Source: a virus
Lineage: Duplodnaviria > Caudoviricetes
IMG/VR virus record: IMGVR_UViG_3300037484_000645
Span: 1-40,078 of that record
Strand: one strand, 5' to 3'
DNA length: 40,078 nt
The notes beneath the pieces are model-generated. The model was not told the DNA's origin. It was given only the letters and a program-made list of their open reading frames with translations, and made no database searches. A program made the position numbers and the translations under genes. Position 1 is the first letter of the stretch. Each line of letters starts with the position of its first letter. Shown piece by piece: positions 35,329-40,078 of this stretch.

Positions 35329-36056
35329 CCATCGATTACAGCAAGAACCCTTCCTCGCCCGCCCCGGCGATCAGCCTGACCAAGATGGAGGCCACCGCGC
35401 CCGGCCTGGTCGACCTGTACAAGCACGCCGGCGTCTCCCTCGCCAAGCGAGGCCTGTCCGGCCAGCGCGCTGCGGTGTACCTGGTCCTGGACCGGTCGGG
35501 GTCGATGGGCGGCTACTACCGTGACGGGTCGGTGCAGCACCTGGCCGAGCAGGCCCTGGGCCTGTCCGCGCAGCTCGACGACGACGGCATCGTCCCGGTG
35601 GTGTTCTTTGACCACGGCGTGTACCCGCCCGTCGACGTCGCCCTCACCGCCTATCAGGGGCTGATCGCCCGGGAGAACGCCCGCCTCGGTTCCATGGGCG
35701 GCACCGCCTACGCCCCGGCCATGCGCGCGGTCATCGACCACTACCAGGCCTCAGGTGCCACCGCCCCCGCGTTCGTGATCTTCCAGACCGACGGTGAGCC
35801 CGGCGACGACCGCGAGACCGAGCGGATCCTCAAGAACGCGTCGAACCTGCCGATCTTCTGGCAGTTCGTCGGGTTCGGCCGCAGCTTCCGGTTCCTGTCC
35901 AAGCTCGACACCCTGCGCGGCCGCACGGTCGACAACGCCGGGTTCTTCGCCGCCGGGGCCGACCCGTCCATGCTCTCCGACAGCGTCCTGTACGACCAGC
36001 TGATGGGCGAATTCCCGCAGTGGCTGGCCGCCGCGCACGCCGCGGGAATCCGGTGA
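35325..36056 (+). CDS. vWA domain protein (TerF-associated vWA type)
   Basis: AAGGAG RBS; MIDAS LDRSGSM, GGTAY, FQTDG, LPIFWQFVGFG, VDNAGFF. Confidence 0.88.
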   Translation: MTIDYSKNPSSPAPAISLTKMEATAPGLVDLYKHAGVSLAKRGLSGQRAAVYLVLDRSGSMGGYYRDGSVQHLAEQALGLSAQLDDDGIVPVVFFDHGVYPPVDVALTAYQGLIARENARLGSMGGTAYAPAMRAVIDHYQASGATAPAFVIFQTDGEPGDDRETERILKNASNLPIFWQFVGFGRSFRFLSKLDTLRGRTVDNAGFFAAGADPSMLSDSVLYDQLMGEFPQWLAAAHAAGIR

Positions 36057-36157
36057 TCCATTCGCCGGTGATCCGCCGGGTCCTCGGCATCGTGTTCGCG
36101 CTGATCATCGCGGTCCCCCAAGCCGTGACGCTCCTTGGGGGGTTGCTCCTGCGATGA
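36053..36157 (+). CDS. 34-aa TM peptide (absent from ORF track)
   Basis: GTGA and ATGA coupling at both ends; hydrophobic. Confidence 0.55.
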   Translation: MIHSPVIRRVLGIVFALIIAVPQAVTLLGGLLLR

Positions 36158-36441
36158 CCGGGCTCGAGGTCGCCCTGGCCCTGGCCGCCGCCTTCACCGG
36201 AGGGCTGGCGGTCGGGGTCCCGCTCGGCGCCTGGCCCGACCGGGTGCTGCAGGAGCGAGACGCGGCCAGGGCCGAACTGGTCAGAGCCCGGTCCGATCTC
36301 CGCCACCAGTCCGAACTCCACATCGCCGCCGTCCAGCAGCTCTACGACCTCGACAACTACGGGCCCCGCCCCACCTACCTCGAAGAATGCGACTGCCCCA
36401 CCTGCCACGACCCGTTCTGTCCCTGCCCCTGCCATCAGTGA
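36154..36441 (+). CDS. Membrane-anchored protein with Cys-rich tail
   Basis: N-terminal TM, coiled coil, CDCPTCHDPFCPCPCH. Confidence 0.65.
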   Translation: MTGLEVALALAAAFTGGLAVGVPLGAWPDRVLQERDAARAELVRARSDLRHQSELHIAAVQQLYDLDNYGPRPTYLEECDCPTCHDPFCPCPCHQ

Positions 36442-36448
36442 GCCGCTC

Positions 36449-36544
36449 ATGAAGCAACGACTGCCGCACATCGTCATCACCCTGGTGATCCTCGCTCTGT
36501 ACGCCCTTCCCGTGATCACCGAGCACCTCGGGTGGGCCCGTTGA
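36449..36544 (+). CDS. 31-aa TM peptide (absent from ORF track)
   Basis: MKQRLPHIVITLVILALYALPVITEHLGWAR; TTGA coupling to the next gene. Confidence 0.5.
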   Translation: MKQRLPHIVITLVILALYALPVITEHLGWAR

Positions 36545-37314
36545 CCCTGGTCGCACGCGCTGTCACGGACCTCGGACTCGTGGCCGAGTACTGGCCGGGT
36601 CTGAACGAGCAGAAGGATCCCTCGGTGTTCGCCCCGCGGCCGCCGTCCTTGCTCACCCCGGAACAGCGCGCCGTCCTGGACTACGACGCCCGCATCGAGC
36701 GCCAGGAGCGCGACGGGCTCATGCCCGGCGAGCACCCCGACGCCGCCCGCGCCGATGTCCTCGACCTGCTGGCCTCCCTGGCCTACGACGCGTGGGACCT
36801 GGCCGACACCGTTGGCCAGGCCGTCGGGCAACCACGGCTCCCACGACCCGCTCCTTTCGCGGACCCGGCACCGCACCTGCACATCACCATCCACTACCTC
36901 CCGGCGGCCGCCGAGGCCGACGACCTCGTCGGTCCCTGGGTGGCCAGCCAGGCCCGCCGCATGCTCGGCGAGCTCACCCGCGCCCTGTGCCTCACCTTCA
37001 GCGGCCAGACCCTCGCCGCGATCTGCCCCTGGTGTCAGGGACGCACCGAGTCAGCGCCCGCCGGCGGCCAGCGCACCTGGCGGGTACGCGACCTCCTCGG
37101 CACCCTCGCCTGCAGCCACGGCCACATCGACAAGGCACTCTGCAACAAATGCCCCCAGCAGATCGCGATCGTGTGCGAATCCCACACCTGCGAACCACCC
37201 AGCGACAAGATCGGCACCTGGTGGCGCGGCATGCCCGCCTGGCCCATCTACGAATGGGACTGGCTCGCCAAGCAGCTGCACGCCGCCGACGACCGAGGCA
37301 AGATGAGTGCATGA
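36541..37314 (+). CDS. Zn-finger protein, probable late-gene regulator
   Basis: Helical N-terminus plus CPWC...C..C..W; near the end of the early operon, upstream of the putative late promoter. Confidence 0.55.
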   Translation: MTLVARAVTDLGLVAEYWPGLNEQKDPSVFAPRPPSLLTPEQRAVLDYDARIERQERDGLMPGEHPDAARADVLDLLASLAYDAWDLADTVGQAVGQPRLPRPAPFADPAPHLHITIHYLPAAAEADDLVGPWVASQARRMLGELTRALCLTFSGQTLAAICPWCQGRTESAPAGGQRTWRVRDLLGTLACSHGHIDKALCNKCPQQIAIVCESHTCEPPSDKIGTWWRGMPAWPIYEWDWLAKQLHAADDRGKMSA

Positions 37315-37550
37315 CCCAGCGATGGACCATCAACCCTGAGACCTTCGGCCTGGACGGGCCGACTGGCCAGTTCTCAGCGCAGGAGTTCGACGCGATCGAG
37401 CGGCCGCCATGCCCGGTCTGCGGCACGACCATCGACGTCGACCGAATCAACATTCAGGGAGCAGTAGACCGCTTCCCGGTCTTCCTCATCGGCAGCTGGC
37501 GATGCCCGAACCAATGTGACCCGAGGGTAGGCAAGGTCACGACGCTCTGA
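37311..37550 (+). CDS. Small Zn-ribbon protein
   Basis: ATGA coupling; CPVCG...WRCPNQC. Confidence 0.65.
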   Translation: MTQRWTINPETFGLDGPTGQFSAQEFDAIERPPCPVCGTTIDVDRINIQGAVDRFPVFLIGSWRCPNQCDPRVGKVTTL

Positions 37551-37556
37551 CCTGGC

Positions 37557-37586
37557 TTGACGTCAGTTATCCACAGGGGGCATGAT
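37557..37586 (+). promoter_or_regulatory. Putative late promoter containing a DnaA box
   Basis: TTGACG (37557-62), 18 nt, CATGAT (37581-86); TTATCCACA at 37567-37575. Confidence 0.6.
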
Positions 37587-37629
37587 CTGAGCCCTACACG
37601 CATGCCTGGAAACGGGCGCGCGTCTGACG

Positions 37630-37660
37630 GCCCGGTAGCGATCTCGCACCGGGCTTTTCG
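37630..37660 (+). terminator. Terminator in the late leader
   Basis: GCCCGGT-AGCG-ATCT-CGC-ACCGGGC followed by TTTT. Confidence 0.65.
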
Positions 37661-37679
37661 CGTTCCTGGAGGTGTTCAC

Positions 37680-38111
37680 ATGGCGCTCGGTATCAGCGTC
37701 GCCGCCCGCAGCGCGGCCTGCGACGCGGTCGTGGACCTCATCGACGGAGGGTCCGGGGCGGGGGTGATCCGGGTCTATACCGGCGCCAAGCCCGCCACGC
37801 CCGCCACCAGCCCCACCGGGACCCTCCTGGCGGAGTTCACGTGCAGCGACCCGGCGTTCGGCGCGGCCTCCGCCGGTGTGGCGACCCTCGACATCACCCC
37901 CGCCCTGACCGACACCGGCATCACCGACGGCACCGCCGGCTACTTCCGGATCTGCGACTCGACCGAGGCCGCCGGCACGGGCCTGGGCGTGGTCGACGGC
38001 ACCGTGACCGCGACCGGCGGTGGCGGCGACCTCACGCTCAACAGCACGACGATCTCGACCGGCGTGGCCGTAGAGGTCACCAGCGGCACCATCACGATGC
38101 CCGCGAGCTGA
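37680..38111 (+). CDS. Small virion fibre-associated protein
   Basis: GGAGG RBS; IRVYTGAKP...GTAGYFRI...DGTV...GDLTLNST. Confidence 0.75.
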   Translation: MALGISVAARSAACDAVVDLIDGGSGAGVIRVYTGAKPATPATSPTGTLLAEFTCSDPAFGAASAGVATLDITPALTDTGITDGTAGYFRICDSTEAAGTGLGVVDGTVTATGGGGDLTLNSTTISTGVAVEVTSGTITMPAS

Positions 38112-38114
38112 CCC

Positions 38115-39338
38115 ATGGCAGCGCCCGCCTACAGGGCCACCGGAGTCGCCACCCTCGGCAACACCACCACCACGGTGACGGTGAACAAACCGGCCGGGAC
38201 CATCTCCGGCGACGTCCTCCTGGCCCTCGTCACCAACCGGGGCGCCAACGCCGCACCGTCCACCGTCCCCTCCGGCTGGACGCTCCTGGACAGCGCGGGC
38301 AGCAGTACCGGCGACATCATGTGGGCCGGGCTCTACTACCTGGTCGCAGGCGGCAGCGAACCCGCCGACTACACATGGTCAGGGTTCACCGACTCCTGCT
38401 CAGGCGGCATGATCGCCGTCTCGGGTGCCGACACCTCGGCACCCTTCAACGTGCACACGGTCCGCTACAACGCAGCAGGGGCCACTGGCACCGCCGGTGT
38501 CACGACCACCGTCGCGGACACGCTTGTCGTCAGCGGATACGGCAGCTACGACAACAACAGCGTCACCCAGAACAGCTGGGCGTGCACGACCGACCCGGCC
38601 CTCACCCACCGGCTGGAATCCACCAGCTCCGGCGGCAACGACAGCGCAGTGGGCGCCGCGACCGGGACCAAGGCCAGCGCGGGCGCGACTGGCGCGAGCT
38701 CCTACACGCTCTCGGCATCCCGGTCCACCGTCGGGTTCCTGCTCGCCGTCGCACCACCGAGCAGCGGCGTCACCGGCACCCTCGCGGCCACCCTTCCGGC
38801 ACTGACCGGTTCACTGACCGGAACCGTGCCCGTCACGGGCACGCTCGCCGGGCAACTGCCCGCCCTGACCGGCAGCCTCACGGCCGACGTCACAGTCTCC
38901 GGCCAGATCGCCGGGATCCTGCCCGCCCTGTCCGGATCCGCGACCGGAACGGTCACCGTGTCCGCGGCCCTGGACGGCACGCTCCCGGCCCTCACCGGCT
39001 CGGCGGCCGGGCTGGTCACCAATACCGGGACGATCGCTGGAACGCTGCCCGCCCTGACCGGGCAGATGGTCGGGCAGGTCACCGCCTCCGGCCAGATCGC
39101 GGGCGCACTCCCGGCACTCACGGGACAGATCACCGGCCTCATCCCCATATCCGGCGCCCTCGCGGGCACGCTGCCCGCGCTTCGCGGCGCCTTCGCCGCG
39201 ACCACCGGACCGGGCGAGCAGGACATCACCCTCAACGTGGGCCCGCCGGCCACCGCGTGGACCGCCGATCGCCCGGAGCGCGGCTGGGCGGCAGGCGACA
39301 TCACGTGCTCGTGGTCTGCGGGCTCACCCACCGTGTAG
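38115..39338 (+). CDS. Fibre/adhesin-like virion protein with seven 21-aa repeats
   Basis: N-terminal beta domain (KPAGTISGDVLL...PSGWTLL...SEPADYTW); repeats of type GTLAATLPALTGSL. Confidence 0.75.
   Translation: MAAPAYRATGVATLGNTTTTVTVNKPAGTISGDVLLALVTNRGANAAPSTVPSGWTLLDSAGSSTGDIMWAGLYYLVAGGSEPADYTWSGFTDSCSGGMIAVSGADTSAPFNVHTVRYNAAGATGTAGVTTTVADTLVVSGYGSYDNNSVTQNSWACTTDPALTHRLESTSSGGNDSAVGAATGTKASAGATGASSYTLSASRSTVGFLLAVAPPSSGVTGTLAATLPALTGSLTGTVPVTGTLAGQLPALTGSLTADVTVSGQIAGILPALSGSATGTVTVSAALDGTLPALTGSAAGLVTNTGTIAGTLPALTGQMVGQVTASGQIAGALPALTGQITGLIPISGALAGTLPALRGAFAATTGPGEQDITLNVGPPATAWTADRPERGWAAGDITCSWSAGSPTV
38769..39209 (+). repeat. Seven degenerate 63-bp coding repeats
   Basis: LPAL(T/S/R)G recurs every 21 aa. 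Confidence 0.8.
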
Positions 39339-39346
39339 GAGGACGC

Positions 39347-39649
39347 GTGCTGAAGATCGTCCACACCACGGTCGAGTACCTCAAGATCCCGCTGACCGCC
39401 TGGTCCGGGGACGTCTCCGACCCGACCACCCTGCCCGTCGAGATCGCCGTCACCACCGGTGCCGCCCCGGCCGAGGACGACTGGGTCACCGCGGCCTGGG
39501 TCACCGAGGACAGCGTGGTCAAGGCCCGGGTCCTGTGGCCCACGGCCATGCCCGCCGCCGCCCCGCACACCACCTACATGTCCTGGCTGCGCATCACCGC
39601 CACCCCCGAGGCGCCTGAGCTGCGCTGCGGCGCCATCCAGACGTACTGA
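39347..39649 (+). CDS. Small virion-associated protein
   Basis: AGGAGG RBS; DPTTLPVEIA...DWVTAAW...WLRITATPE. Confidence 0.75.
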   Translation: MLKIVHTTVEYLKIPLTAWSGDVSDPTTLPVEIAVTTGAAPAEDDWVTAAWVTEDSVVKARVLWPTAMPAAAPHTTYMSWLRITATPEAPELRCGAIQTY

Positions 39650-39936
39650 TGGCCGCATCCTCGGGGCGCAAGGGCAGGCGATGGCGCAGGATCAGGGCCG
39701 AAGTCCTGGCAGGCAGCACGCTCTGCCACCTGTGCGGTCACCTCGGGTCAGGCGACGTCGACCACGACCCACCACGCGAGCAGCTCATCGCCGATGGCCT
39801 GGACCCGGAGAACCCGATCTACCTCAAGCCCGCTCACGGAGCGCTATCACGTTGCGCTGAGTGCGGGCTGTGCTGCAACCAGGCCAAGGGCACGAAGCGT
39901 CACATGCGGCGGACGCGCACCTCCCGCGAGTGGTGA
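39649..39936 (+). CDS. HNH endonuclease (packaging-associated, HK97 gp74-like)
   Basis: WRRIRAEVL, CHLCG, VDH, PAH...CN..KG; last gene before cos/terS. Confidence 0.88.
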   Translation: MAASSGRKGRRWRRIRAEVLAGSTLCHLCGHLGSGDVDHDPPREQLIADGLDPENPIYLKPAHGALSRCAECGLCCNQAKGTKRHMRRTRTSREW

Positions 39937-40078
39937 CCATCAGTGACCACCGGAGCAGGCGAACAGAGCGTGACCACACCCGGGCATCCATTCCCTCAAT
40001 CCGAATCGGACATTGAGGGACACGGGACCCAAAGGGGATGGGGGTCGGGAATGACGACGGATGATGGGCCTGGGAGAC

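Noticed and set aside
37841-39346. 602-aa ORF 37841..39649
   Set aside because: Arg/His-rich off-frame read-through; only the part from GTG 39347 with its own RBS looks real

Overview
The window appears to be an essentially complete ~40 kb genome of a temperate, high-GC actinobacteriophage (siphovirus-like), read from its left physical end. The host is probably a filamentous actinomycete (inference). Order: terS/terL, HK97-type portal, protease and capsid, head-tail and tail genes (with a -1 frameshifted chaperone and a 1137-aa tape measure), tail tip, and lysis genes (amidase and small holins). Next come a leftward accessory operon (DUF2637-like), a WhiJ-like Xre/DUF397 pair, attP, tyrosine integrase, repressor/Cro/Xis and an early region with an iteron-containing replication initiator. 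The right end carries a tandem gene duplication, a vWA protein, a likely late regulator and late promoter, a second virion-appendage module and an HNH endonuclease. Bases 1-14 are Illumina adapter. Main observations: attP encodes a replacement C-terminus of an RlmD/TrmA-family RNA methyltransferase; DnaA boxes sit in the origin and inside the putative late promoter; BldD-consensus boxes lie next to cos; and several structured non-coding segments are present. All calls come from motif recognition and synteny; no database searches were run.
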